Positions 35,786 to 45,900 are shown, counted from the stretch's first letter. The stretch is 64,000 bases of DNA from Candidatus Heimdallarchaeota archaeon (GCA_019057815.1 JAHLWR010000017.1:1-64000), one strand, 5' to 3'. The notes: generated by a model from the letters alone, not told the origin. Program-made: numbers and translations.

Positions 35786-37147
35786 TCAATTACTCCTCTG
35801 CTTTTTCTTTGGCGATTCCGTTCTCTTTTTATTATATCTTGGTTTTCCTTTAGTGTATCTTGGTTTTCCTTTGCTGTATCTTGGTTTTCCTTTATCGTGC
35901 CCAGATCTAGGTTTGCTGTATCCAGATCTTGGTCTGCGGTCACTAGATGGTTTAAAATCATATTTGATAGGTTCTTTCTTGCCTTCAGGAGGATTTTCAT
36001 ATTTTTTCTGAATTTCTTCGATTTTGCGTTCTAAATCCTTGCGTAGTTGATCTCCAACAAATTCACCATGAAATGCGTCTACACGAGCTGCTATAGTCAA
36101 TCTCCCTGCAATAGCCCGAGCTATGTTTCCTCTCTGCCACCATGGACAACTGTGTAATTCAGGAATTTGATAAATGATTCCATGTTTAGGTGGTTTTGCA
36201 CCTGATTTTAAAGATCGGAAAAGAGCTTTTTCCGCTCCGAGAAGCTGAACTGTACTTGCTGGTAACATTGCCATTTCTCTTAACCCTCCTGCAAGTGCAA
36301 TCAAACGTGCAGATATTGATGATCCTGCAACTGCTTGCAGATTGGGCGCTACTCGCATTAATTCTCTTTCAATCCACGCTTCTAATCTCTCCCTCTCCTC
36401 ATACAAATCAAGATTTCTTGATGCGAATTGTCGAAGTGGAAGTAAATCTTCAAAAGAATAATCAGCTCCCATTGAACTTTTAGCTTTTTCTGCGATTTCA
36501 GCACTTTTTTGGGAACTAAAACCAAATTTCTGGAGTTTTTCTGCAGTAAAATCACTTCTCGAACCAATCTCTGTTATTATTTTACAGAGAGTAACATGAT
36601 TCTCAATAATCTTCAGAATTTCAGGAAAGTGAGTTCCATACCACTCTCGGATTCTTGAAACAAATAAGTTAGCAGTCTTGTCAATGTCATCCATCGATAA
36701 TATCGCATGAACTACCATTTTGTCTACACGTTGAGAACTGTGAGCAACTTTCTTTTTTGAAAGAATGATACCCACTTCTCGGACAAGTTCTACATACTCT
36801 CTTATATTAGAAATATAATTATCTTCAATCAAAATACCAGTAAGATTTTCTTTAAATTGAGTATAAACCTCTGATTCTAAATTTAATTCGCATTTTTTTC
36901 CAACTGAACGTCCAAAATGAAGAATATCGTTGCTATTAGTGATTATTTTTTCTATTTCAATTTCATTTAATAATCCTTGAAGCTCTTCAGAATTGTTGTA
37001 CAAAGTTAAATTGTGTATTTTTTGTGCTATTTCGTTAGCATTCTTCGGATAAAGTTTCTTAGCAATAAGATTATCATCAACATCATAAATGAAAAATCCA
37101 GTAATATCTGAAAATATCTTAACTGTCATAAGTCTCTCAGAACTCAT
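35786..37147 (-). CDS. nop5: Nop5 (Nop56/58) box C/D RNP protein with repetitive basic tail
   Basis: REWYGTHFPE, PASTVQLLGAEKALF, PKHGIIY, IAARVD. Confidence 0.97.
   Translation of the reverse strand: MSSERLMTVKIFSDITGFFIYDVDDNLIAKKLYPKNANEIAQKIHNLTLYNNSEELQGLLNEIEIEKIITNSNDILHFGRSVGKKCELNLESEVYTQFKENLTGILIEDNYISNIREYVELVREVGIILSKKKVAHSSQRVDKMVVHAILSMDDIDKTANLFVSRIREWYGTHFPEILKIIENHVTLCKIITEIGSRSDFTAEKLQKFGFSSQKSAEIAEKAKSSMGADYSFEDLLPLRQFASRNLDLYEERERLEAWIERELMRVAPNLQAVAGSSISARLIALAGGLREMAMLPASTVQLLGAEKALFRSLKSGAKPPKHGIIYQIPELHSCPWWQRGNIARAIAGRLTIAARVDAFHGEFVGDQLRKDLERKIEEIQKKYENPPEGKKEPIKYDFKPSSDRRPRSGYSKPRSGHDKGKPRYSKGKPRYTKGKPRYNKKRTESPKKKQRSN
35835..35935 (-). repeat. Imperfect 21-bp and 18-bp repeats encoding (KGKPRY)n/(KPRSG)n in the Nop5 tail
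   Basis: tatcttggttttccttt recurs three times at 21-bp spacing. Confidence 0.85.
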
Positions 37148-37197
37148 AAAAATAAAATGAAATAAAAAAGGTTTTGATTTTAATGTCTTTAAATATG

Positions 37198-37482
37198 TTA
37201 AACAAAAGACATTACAGTATACCTTTCTTTCTGTTGAGTGATGAGATTTTTTTGTCTTAAACTTAACTCAGGATTAATACCTATTAATAAAGATCGCATA
37301 TCTTCAAAATTAGCTCGATTAACTAAAAATGCTCTATCTAGTAATTGACGAACTGTGTACCTTATAGCTCTAGGATTTTTCAGCTTAAAAGTTTCAATAA
37401 TTTCCTTTTGGGTTAAAGCCCCATTTTCTTTAAGTAAATCAATAATCTCCAGCGAACCTTTTGGTAATTTTTCTCTCTTCAT
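37198..37482 (-). CDS. Small winged-helix (MarR/ArsR-like) protein
   Basis: 'IIDLLKENGALTQKEI...PRAIRYTVRQL...DMRS'; ATG at 37482 preferred. Confidence 0.75.
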   Translation of the reverse strand: MKREKLPKGSLEIIDLLKENGALTQKEIIETFKLKNPRAIRYTVRQLLDRAFLVNRANFEDMRSLLIGINPELSLRQKNLITQQKERYTVMSFV

Positions 37483-37566
37483 GATAATCACTGTTCTCGA
37501 GTGTGTGAGTATATTCCTCACATGTGTTATATTTGCACACACCTATATAAATCCTTCGAAAACACC

Positions 37567-37582
37567 GTGTAAGACCTTACAC
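37567..37582. promoter_or_regulatory. 7-2-7 palindrome upstream of the wHTH gene's TATA box
   Basis: GTGTAAG-ac-CTTACAC; TTTATATA on the minus strand at 37544-37551. Confidence 0.45.
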
Positions 37583-37617
37583 ACACGTATTTCAATAAAA
37601 AATGGGAAAAAGGTAGG

Positions 37618-40530
37618 TTAAAATAGGTTTTTTCTAAACCTAACTCTAATAATAGGAACAGCTATAAGGGTTGCAACAACCCCTACTAGAATCCAACCAG
37701 CTATCGCTTGGATCGTTGACAATTTATCCCATAGCTTCACATTGCAGAAAATATCTATTCTTCCATCGTGAGCTGTATGATTGTCCAATTTGAGTGGCAA
37801 AAAGACCACGTGCCACCCATAAATATTGAATTCTAGATTCGTTTCATAAAAGATGTATACTGAATCGTGAGCATTTCTAGTAAAAACGATCTGTTCAATT
37901 GTATTATCACCGTATAGCACTGTTCCAGTAAGATATTCTTCAATATATGGTAGATTGTTGTTTTTTGTTATTGTAACTCTTAAGTTAATTTGGCTTCGTA
38001 TGTATGTGTTCTCAGGGATGGTTTCTATACTAAAACTAGGTCGATGAGCTGAAATTAACCATTCGATGGTGTCATTAACTATTTGACTATTCTTTTTATC
38101 CATAAAGAATAATATGTCATATTCTTTTCCTAATCCTGTCCTATTTTCAAATATCTCAAACATATCCTTTACAAGTCCAAAATCTGTAAAAGGATATCCT
38201 GAACCAAAAGCTATAACTCTCCCTTCTCCTATTTCCGTTGAAACAACTGCTGGAAATTGTGTTGGACTGTCGATTATATTGAAGTAGGCCAAAATTTTGC
38301 TGTTAGGATTATTTTCAGGGTCTATAATATTAAGCGGTGTTCCCCAGAATAGAAATTTATCCTCTGTTAGTATTCCATTATTGAGATTGGTTATTGCTTC
38401 AACAGGTGCATAGTATACTCCTGAAGCTACTGATATATTAAAAACGCTTAGTATTTTATTACATGTATAATAATTGCTTTGTATTAGTGGGTCATAAGTC
38501 GTGCTATTTGCTTCGGAAAATCTAATGCTGTTTACAAGGAAAAGTAGAGACCCACCTCCTACTACAAAATTGTTTATTTCATTAATTTCATTGTCCGTAT
38601 AATTCAATTCAGGATCTGAAAGAATGAGAATATTGGTGTCCCCTGGAATGAGAATTTCACCTATGGTGTGAACATTAATATGAAATCCTCTATCTAATAA
38701 CCTTCTATAAAGATAAAGATGAGAACCATAGGGAGATGATGCTGAAAACCAACTATTTCGAGTGTCATTTTCGTGTGAAATGTCAAAGAGTACTGTACCT
38801 CCAAAATATCTTGTTGTTATATCGATTTCTATCTCACAACTACTGAAGTTTCCGTTAGTTAAGCATATAGAAGCGTTAATATTCCTCATTTGTGTGCCCA
38901 TTGGAATAGTGATATTAATAAATACATCATTCCATCCTTTTTCTACAGTAAGTGTTTGTGCAACTTCAACAAATTCAGAATCACCCATAATGTTCGTGGT
39001 TATATCCTGATTATTGGATGACATTAACTTAAAATTAAAGCTTTTCTCGTCTCCCTCTACACAAGAGTAGAAAAACAAATTTTCTTCGGAAATTCTACTA
39101 GGATTTGTAGTAAAAATTTCCTCATCTGCATTTTCTTGAAGGAATTTAAAAGCGTTATAGGGGTCAATCATACCCCTTCCTTGAGCTACAACTGGGTAAC
39201 CAAGATCATCTGCAGTTTCTAATATAGCTATTTCATATTTTTGACGATAATTTTCTACTTCTGGGAATGCATCTCTTAGAAGTGCTAAAATTCCGCTAAC
39301 TATAGGAGTAGAAACTGAAGTTCCCGAAACATATTTCCTACCTCCAGTTCTAGCATCACTACCCCCAATTCGACTTCCTGGAGCTATAATATCTATACCA
39401 ACAGAGAGATCACTAGTTGGACCACGAGCACTATACACAGCTAAATCCTTTATATTATCAGAGGCACCAACAGCTATAACATAGTCCCATAAAGCAGGAG
39501 CGCCAACAGAACCTCCAAGTGGTCCATAGTTACCCGCAGAAGCAACTACAAAAATGTCTTGCTCATATGCTGCACGCATTAATTCTTCGAGTGGATCCCC
39601 CATTTTTTCATAAGTTATAGAGGTTAAACTAGCAGATATTATGTCTGCTCCCATTTCAATTGATTTATCAAATCCATTGTATAACCATTCATCTTTACCA
39701 TAGTTTGTTTTATCAAGCACCTTAATATTCAGTAAATAAGCATCTGGTGCTATCCCATAGTGTTCAGTTTGTATAGTTTTTCCATCTTCAGTAAAATTCC
39801 CATTTCCAGCAAGAATGGAGGCAATATGAGTACCATGCCCAGAAGAATCTGAGATATCTTCACCTACAACTCCAGCATCCCAATGAAAAATAACCTTCGT
39901 TTCATTAGAGTTATACAATGTTTCTAAACCTGGAGCGTTTGAAACATTGATACCACTGTCAAGTACAGCTACAACAACATCTTTCCCATAGTATCCCAAA
40001 TCATGGATCTTATCTATTTCTAATACCTCGCGAATGTCTTTCAATTCTATAAATTTTGGTAACTCTGTATCTAGATTTTGGGGTATATAATATCCATATG
40101 TGCCTATAGGGTAAGTATATTTGATATCAAATCGATTTAATTCTAACTTTTCTATCATCGTATCAGAATAAGAGATGCTTATTGCTGGAATAGAATAATA
40201 GGCTTTATCGACTATAACACCTAAACTTTGAGCTAGATTTTGGAATATATTTCTATCTTCAAAATCGAAAAAAGATATTAGTACTCTGTTTTTATAACTG
40301 TAAAGTTGTTCTATTACAATCTTGAATTCTAGAGGTTTTCCCCAACGTTGTTCTAAAGCAGCATTATTATAGTTTGATTGAATTTGGTTGATCTCAGTCC
40401 TTAATTCTTGGTCAAAAAATGAGTTTGAATTTAATTCAACTTGAGAATATCCTTGCATTCCAGCAAACGCAAAAGATATTGTGGCAATAAACATGATTAG
40501 TAAGCTGATAGAAGATAGCTTGTTTTTCAT
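37618..40530 (-). CDS. Membrane-anchored S8 subtilase with GIFT/DUF4350-like C domain (site-1 protease-like)
   Basis: VLDSG, GHGTHIA, SAGN.GP, SGTSVSTP; QGRG; VLFDISH..LLDRGF domain; C-terminal TM. Confidence 0.9.
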   Translation of the reverse strand: MKNKLSSISLLIMFIATISFAFAGMQGYSQVELNSNSFFDQELRTEINQIQSNYNNAALEQRWGKPLEFKIVIEQLYSYKNRVLISFFDFEDRNIFQNLAQSLGVIVDKAYYSIPAISISYSDTMIEKLELNRFDIKYTYPIGTYGYYIPQNLDTELPKFIELKDIREVLEIDKIHDLGYYGKDVVVAVLDSGINVSNAPGLETLYNSNETKVIFHWDAGVVGEDISDSSGHGTHIASILAGNGNFTEDGKTIQTEHYGIAPDAYLLNIKVLDKTNYGKDEWLYNGFDKSIEMGADIISASLTSITYEKMGDPLEELMRAAYEQDIFVVASAGNYGPLGGSVGAPALWDYVIAVGASDNIKDLAVYSARGPTSDLSVGIDIIAPGSRIGGSDARTGGRKYVSGTSVSTPIVSGILALLRDAFPEVENYRQKYEIAILETADDLGYPVVAQGRGMIDPYNAFKFLQENADEEIFTTNPSRISEENLFFYSCVEGDEKSFNFKLMSSNNQDITTNIMGDSEFVEVAQTLTVEKGWNDVFINITIPMGTQMRNINASICLTNGNFSSCEIEIDITTRYFGGTVLFDISHENDTRNSWFSASSPYGSHLYLYRRLLDRGFHINVHTIGEILIPGDTNILILSDPELNYTDNEINEINNFVVGGGSLLFLVNSIRFSEANSTTYDPLIQSNYYTCNKILSVFNISVASGVYYAPVEAITNLNNGILTEDKFLFWGTPLNIIDPENNPNSKILAYFNIIDSPTQFPAVVSTEIGEGRVIAFGSGYPFTDFGLVKDMFEIFENRTGLGKEYDILFFMDKKNSQIVNDTIEWLISAHRPSFSIETIPENTYIRSQINLRVTITKNNNLPYIEEYLTGTVLYGDNTIEQIVFTRNAHDSVYIFYETNLEFNIYGWHVVFLPLKLDNHTAHDGRIDIFCNVKLWDKLSTIQAIAGWILVGVVATLIAVPIIRVRFRKNLF

Positions 40531-40691
40531 ACTTAATGGTAATATCTCTCTACTTTTAGATTTTTCCCTTAAAAAAACACTATTTTTTATCAGAAGATTA
40601 TTTTATTATTTTAATTCTTATAGAAAGATGACTTAAAAATGGAAATGCTTATATCTTGGACATGGAAGGATGATTTCAAGGTGGAAAAGAA

Positions 40692-41087
40692 ATGCCCTAT
40701 CAATGGTTAAAACGTTCAAGAAGAAAATTATCTGGTGGTTTGATTAAACAGTCTGCAAGCAAAAAGAAAAGGGATGTGGGACGATATCCAGCAGAAACAC
40801 AAATTGGTTCCCGTAGGTTAAAAGCAGTTAGAACAAGAGGGGGAAACACGAAATTTAGATTGCTTAAAGATGAGTTTGCTAATATTTTAGATCAATCAAC
40901 AGGAATTTCACAAAAAGTTAAGATTCTTGATGTTGTAGAAAACAAAGCTAACCGTGAATATGCTCGAAGACGTGTAATAACTAAAGGAAGTGTTATTGAT
41001 ACAGAACTTGGTAAGGCTCTAGTTACAAGTCGTCCAGGACAACATGGTATAATTGCAGGAATTCTAATTGATAAGAAGGAAGAGTAG
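40692..41087 (+). CDS. rps8e: 30S ribosomal protein eS8
   Basis: RTRGGNTK, ITKGSVI.TELG.A.VTSRPGQHG. Confidence 0.97.
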   Translation: MPYQWLKRSRRKLSGGLIKQSASKKKRDVGRYPAETQIGSRRLKAVRTRGGNTKFRLLKDEFANILDQSTGISQKVKILDVVENKANREYARRRVITKGSVIDTELGKALVTSRPGQHGIIAGILIDKKEE

Positions 41088-41129
41088 TATTTCTTCCAAA
41101 TATTTAATAAAATAAAAAAAGGAAGAATC

Positions 41130-41477
41130 ATGTTACGACGAAATCGTTATTTTGTTCTCTATCCAGAATACTTTGATAAGTCGATATCAAGAAAACAAGG
41201 GAGGAGGGTATCAAAGAACAAAGCTGTTGAAGATTGTGATCTAGCTAAAATTGTCTACGCATGCAAACATTTAGAATTAGATTACAAAATTGAGAAAGAT
41301 AAAAAATATTCTCGTAATAGGTGGAAAAGTGAAGGGAGAATTGTAATTAATCCTAATAATATTGATAATAAAACAGAATTAATTAGAAGAATTGCTAACA
41401 TCTCTCGGAGACTGAAGAAGGTAGAAAAACCCAAAACAGATAAGAAAAAGGGGATTAAACCCGTAAAAAGTAAATAA
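41130..41477 (+). CDS. srp19: Signal recognition particle protein SRP19
   Basis: LYPEYFD...SRKQGRRV....AV; GRIV; follows rps8e. Confidence 0.92.
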   Translation: MLRRNRYFVLYPEYFDKSISRKQGRRVSKNKAVEDCDLAKIVYACKHLELDYKIEKDKKYSRNRWKSEGRIVINPNNIDNKTELIRRIANISRRLKKVEKPKTDKKKGIKPVKSK

Positions 41478-41500
41478 CCTTTCTTTTGGAGATATTCACA

Positions 41501-41803
41501 ATGAACTCAAGAATTAAAAAATTGGGTACTATACTACATTTTAGTGATTTAGGTAATGCAATTGTAAAGAATCCGATCAAACTTCCTAAAATTGGAGCTA
41601 ATGTAGTTGATGAAAAAATGATACACATAGGAAATGTCAATGATATTTTCGGTCCTGTTGAAAATCCTTATGTTAGTATCAGAGTTAAAAAAGAAAATAA
41701 AGAAAATATTACCTCAGAGACTCAATTGTATGTTATAGAGAAACGAAAAAAAGTTAGAACTAAAAGATATAAAAATAAAAGAACTTATTCCTTAAAAGAT
41801 TAA
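41501..41803 (+). CDS. gar1: H/ACA RNP protein Gar1
   Basis: LG.ILH, PKIGA.VVD, IG.V.DIFGPVENPY. Confidence 0.9.
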   Translation: MNSRIKKLGTILHFSDLGNAIVKNPIKLPKIGANVVDEKMIHIGNVNDIFGPVENPYVSIRVKKENKENITSETQLYVIEKRKKVRTKRYKNKRTYSLKD

Positions 41804-41993
41804 TGTCGGTATTTTCTATCCTATTACCATAAAAATTCATCCTTTTAGAAGTGCTGTAAAGCGAGTAGAACGTGGAAACACCATTTTTAGAAATGTATCA
41901 ACACTTATATATTATCCAGATATAGTATTTATTGGAAGGTAAGCTACTAAAATAGCGTACAGATTCAAAGTCAGATTTACTGATTTATGAAGA

Positions 41994-42461
41994 GTGATTA
42001 TCATGATTCCTATTATGCGTATTAAGGTTGAGCAAAATTACAGTAGTGCTTTGGGCGAGGAAATAATTGAACTAATAGAATGTTCAAAAAATGGACAATT
42101 ATTATATAGAGAAGTATTAGATTTGTTAGGGGATCATGATTCGATTAAATTAAAAGTCGATGAACTCTTATTTACAAATAAAATCCTTAAAATTCCATTC
42201 GAAATGGGGGGAAACATCAAGGATTTTATATTAATAATTCCAAAAAAGGAAACAATAGGTTGGACAACTATGGTATGCCCGTGTTTCGTATGTCAACGCA
42301 TTGACGAATGTGCAGTAAATAATCCTGTTAATCCCGTTACGTGTAAATCATTTAATGAATGGTTAAAAGAGGAAGATAAGAGTTCTTCAATTAAAGATTT
42401 TGAATATGAAGTATTCGAAACAAATGAAGAAGATAAAAAAGTTGGTCAAATATATAAATAG
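41994..42461 (+). CDS. TFE-beta / RNA polymerase III C34 (RPC39)-like protein with Fe-S motif
   Basis: wHTH-like N part plus CPCFVCQRIDEC....VNPVTC..FNEWL; located after gar1. Confidence 0.75.
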   Translation: MIIMIPIMRIKVEQNYSSALGEEIIELIECSKNGQLLYREVLDLLGDHDSIKLKVDELLFTNKILKIPFEMGGNIKDFILIIPKKETIGWTTMVCPCFVCQRIDECAVNNPVNPVTCKSFNEWLKEEDKSSSIKDFEYEVFETNEEDKKVGQIYK

Positions 42462-42732
42462 AACCGACTTTTTTAAACTAGAGAGAGTTAGATTTTCTAA
42501 CTTCTTGTGAACTGTTCTTCCGCTCTTAGTGGAAATTGTCCGTTTTTCTTTATTATTATACCATTTTTTTATATTAATATCCAATAAAACATACTTAACA
42601 TGAGGGAAATAATATCTAAGGGCGCATGAAGCAGTACTCAAGGCTTTCAATAAAGAACTTGACAGACTTTGCAATACCTAAAAGATAAGAGTCATAAGTC
42701 TTATCAATTAATCTTCATTCAAAATATATAAC

Positions 42733-43368
42733 GTGGAAATTTTGAGTGAAGATTACTATTATTTTAAAGCACGAAGTAAAGGATATAGATCAAGAGCATC
42801 CTTTAAATTAGAACAGATAGACAAAAAATTCCATGTTTTTCATAAAGGAGCATTAGTAGTTGACCTTGGAGCTGCTCCTGGGGGTTGGTCTCAAGTTGCA
42901 GCTAGACGCGTGGGAGATGCAGGTAAGGTTATTGCTATCGATAAAGCTTATATTTCTTCTTTTAAGCAAAGTAATATTGAGATAGTCCAAAAAGATATTT
43001 TTGATGCAAAACTAGTTCAACTCATCAATAAAGAATATGGATTGGTTGATGTTTTACTCTCTGATTGCGCCCCTTCAGTTTCTGGTAATTGGAGTAGAGA
43101 TCATTTCACTCAAATAATGTTAGCTGATAGAGCACTTGATGTAGCAGAAAACTTGTTAAGAAACAACGGAGTACTTGTGTGCAAGTTGTTTCAAGGAAGT
43201 GAACTTCAGAAATTCATGAATCGTTTGAAGAGTTTTTTCGGAAAAACAAAATTATTTAAACCAGAAGCATCTAGAATTAAGAGTTCAGAAATTTATGCTA
43301 TTGGTTTGAATTTCAAAAAACCTTCGGATATAATAGAAAAAGAAGAAAATTCCCCTAACAAATTGTGA
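42733..43368 (+). CDS. rlmE: 23S rRNA U2552 2'-O-methyltransferase RlmE/FtsJ
   Basis: GYRSRASFKL, DLGAAPGGWSQ, LSD.AP, KP.ASR..SSE.Y. Confidence 0.96.
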   Translation: MEILSEDYYYFKARSKGYRSRASFKLEQIDKKFHVFHKGALVVDLGAAPGGWSQVAARRVGDAGKVIAIDKAYISSFKQSNIEIVQKDIFDAKLVQLINKEYGLVDVLLSDCAPSVSGNWSRDHFTQIMLADRALDVAENLLRNNGVLVCKLFQGSELQKFMNRLKSFFGKTKLFKPEASRIKSSEIYAIGLNFKKPSDIIEKEENSPNKL

Positions 43369-43386
43369 AACTGGTGTAATCTGACA

Positions 43387-44574
43387 ATGAATGAAGGTAC
43401 TTTAAAATTTATTAAAGTTAAAGAGGGAAAAACAACTTTTACTATACTAAAAGATGCTGATAGGATTTATGATTCAACTGTCTTCTATAACCCTGACATG
43501 ACTTTTAATCGAGATTTAACTCTTTTACAAATATTAACAATCTTGAAGACAAAGGATAATGATCTTGTTATCCTTGAACCACTAGCTGGTTGTGGTGTCA
43601 GAAGCTATCGTATCCTTACAGAACTACCGGAAAATCGTATTAAGAAAGTAGTAGCAGGTGATATTAATTCCAAAGCTATTGAACTTATTCAGAAAAATAT
43701 AGACGAGTTAAGGTTTTCGGAAAAATTATTTGCGAAAAAAAAAGATGCTTTAGAAACTATTTCAGAGTTTCTGGAACATCAGAATTATGTTGACATTATA
43801 GATTTAGATCCATTTGGTTCCCCAATTTCATTTATTGATTTGTCATTAAATGTTTTAAAAAAGTCAAATGGTTATCTTTTTGCAACATCAACAGATTTAC
43901 AAGTTCTTTGTGGTAAATTCAAAGATGCTTGCTTAAGACTGTATAATGCTAATTCAACTAGGAGTTTTTTGTGCCATGAGATAGCAGTTAGAATACTATT
44001 GTACAATATGATAATAAGCGCAGGGCGAATAGGGATAGGTATTAAACCATTGATTTCATATCAACATGAACACTTCATTAGAACACATGTACAAGTGGTG
44101 AAAGGACGGGAATATGCAAATAAACAGCACAAAGAAATTGGTTTTATATATTTGTGTAACAAGTGTTCTTATTTTGAAGTGAAAACTGTTACTGACATGT
44201 TGGGAAGAGAAAACTGTCCGAGCTGTAGGAACAAAATGGAAAAGACTGGTCCTATGTGGCTAGGACAGATTAACAACATTCAGAATATACAAAACATGTT
44301 AGTTAATTTAGAAGAATTAGATTTACCGAGTTCTAAAAAGATTTTAAAGCTACTTTCTGGTTTAGTAAAGGAAATAAACGATATTCCAATGTTTTATTAT
44401 ATACCCTTTTTAGTTAGAGAGCACATAAAAAATAAGGAAAGAGGAATACCAATTATTGAACTTGTTGAAAAACTAAACAAAAAGGGATTAAAATCTTCTA
44501 GAACTGTTTTCGATCCTCAAGGAATAAAGACAGAAGCAAACTATCAACAAATTGTAGATATATTAAATGAATGA
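43387..44574 (+). CDS. trm1: tRNA (guanine26-N2)-dimethyltransferase
   Basis: VFYNP.M.FNRD, G.GVR, IDLDPFGSP, TD...LCG, Zn ribbon, GPMWLG. Confidence 0.95.
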   Translation: MNEGTLKFIKVKEGKTTFTILKDADRIYDSTVFYNPDMTFNRDLTLLQILTILKTKDNDLVILEPLAGCGVRSYRILTELPENRIKKVVAGDINSKAIELIQKNIDELRFSEKLFAKKKDALETISEFLEHQNYVDIIDLDPFGSPISFIDLSLNVLKKSNGYLFATSTDLQVLCGKFKDACLRLYNANSTRSFLCHEIAVRILLYNMIISAGRIGIGIKPLISYQHEHFIRTHVQVVKGREYANKQHKEIGFIYLCNKCSYFEVKTVTDMLGRENCPSCRNKMEKTGPMWLGQINNIQNIQNMLVNLEELDLPSSKKILKLLSGLVKEINDIPMFYYIPFLVREHIKNKERGIPIIELVEKLNKKGLKSSRTVFDPQGIKTEANYQQIVDILNE

Positions 44575-44584
44575 TAAAAAATAG

Positions 44585-45271
44585 GTGATGCTTATTACTA
44601 ACGAGGTATATATCGCTGGAGTTGATGAAGCAGGAAGAGGACCAGTAATTGGCCCATTAGTTTTATGTGTATATATAATTCAAGATGATAAGGAAAATAA
44701 ACTTAAAGAGCTTGGGGTAAAAGATTCAAAAATTCTCTCCAAAAACACAAGAGAAAAAATATATGCTAAAATTATAGAACATGCTAATGATTATCAAACC
44801 ATTCATCTTTCTGCTGCAGATATAGATGAGATGCGAAAGAAAGCAACATTGAATCGTATAGAACAAAAAATGATGGTTAATACTATAAAAAAATCTTCTA
44901 TCAAACCTGATCAAATTTACATCGATGCTGCAGATGTAAACGAAAAAAGATATGGTCTAGAGTTCAAGAAGGAATTTCCTCAAGCTAAAATTGTTTCTAA
45001 ACATAAAGCTGATATGCTTTTTCCAGTTGTTTCTGCTGCATCAATAATTGCAAAAGTTGAGAGAGACAGAGAAATTTCAAAATTACACAAGAAGTATGGT
45101 GTTGATTTTGGTTCAGGATACCCATCAGACCCAAAAACTAAATCTTTTCTAGTAGACTATTATAAAGAAAAACAGAGTTTTCCACCAATTGTAAGAGAAT
45201 CGTGGGTAACAGCTAAAAAGATCAAAGAGAAGTATTCTCAAGCAAAGAAATTAGATGGTTACTTCCATTAA
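44585..45271 (+). CDS. rnhB: Ribonuclease HII
   Basis: GVDEAGRGPVIGP, DSK, SAASIIAKV.RD, GSGYPSDP. Confidence 0.97.
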   Translation: MMLITNEVYIAGVDEAGRGPVIGPLVLCVYIIQDDKENKLKELGVKDSKILSKNTREKIYAKIIEHANDYQTIHLSAADIDEMRKKATLNRIEQKMMVNTIKKSSIKPDQIYIDAADVNEKRYGLEFKKEFPQAKIVSKHKADMLFPVVSAASIIAKVERDREISKLHKKYGVDFGSGYPSDPKTKSFLVDYYKEKQSFPPIVRESWVTAKKIKEKYSQAKKLDGYFH

Positions 45272-45900
45272 GTTTCAACATCGATAAGTATCTCTCTTGT
45301 TTTCCTGTTTTTCAGAATAAAAGGTAAAATGAAACCAACTATTAAACCAACACCATGGGCAATGAAATTAACGTTTACACCAGCAGAAAGACTGAAAAAA
45401 ATAACTCCTGTTCCCAAATAAATCCAAATGGACTTGCGCTTTTCCTCCTCATATGAAAGTTTCAAATCTGCTCCTAGCAATCCGAAAATACCTCCACTAG
45501 CGCCACATGAAATCGTTTCTAGATTAAATATAGCTAAACTAAATAAATTGCCTATTAGAGCTGAAACTATGAAAATTAGTATATATTGCCAATTTAGGAA
45601 TCTTTCTTCGGCTCTTAACCCATAAATCAATAAAAAAAGACCGTTTGAAAGAAAATGCAGAATATTGACATGAACAAAAATGGCTGTTACAAGTTGATAA
45701 ACATGACCCTCTAACACTTTTTGATTATATTGTCCTACGATGGCCAAGAATTTACCGGAAATTTCTAATCCTTCCCCTTCTATTATGCTTAATATTGTCA
45801 ATATGACGTATGTTAAAAAAATAATAATCAACAGATTTCTAGTAGGTAAATTCGCTTTCCAGAAATTATCCGACGGAGAGCTACTCTCTGTTTCAGTCAC
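45268..45900 (-). CDS. Rhomboid intramembrane serine protease
   Basis: H...HFLSN, GASGG, AH.VG. Confidence 0.93.
   Translation of the reverse strand: MTETESSSPSDNFWKANLPTRNLLIIIFLTYVILTILSIIEGEGLEISGKFLAIVGQYNQKVLEGHVYQLVTAIFVHVNILHFLSNGLFLLIYGLRAEERFLNWQYILIFIVSALIGNLFSLAIFNLETISCGASGGIFGLLGADLKLSYEEEKRKSIWIYLGTGVIFFSLSAGVNVNFIAHGVGLIVGFILPFILKNRKTREILIDVET

Noticed and set aside
42387-42720. 95-aa minus ORF or a small RNA in this gap
   Set aside because: Overlaps the TFE-beta end, has no motif, and no convincing stems or C/D boxes were seen
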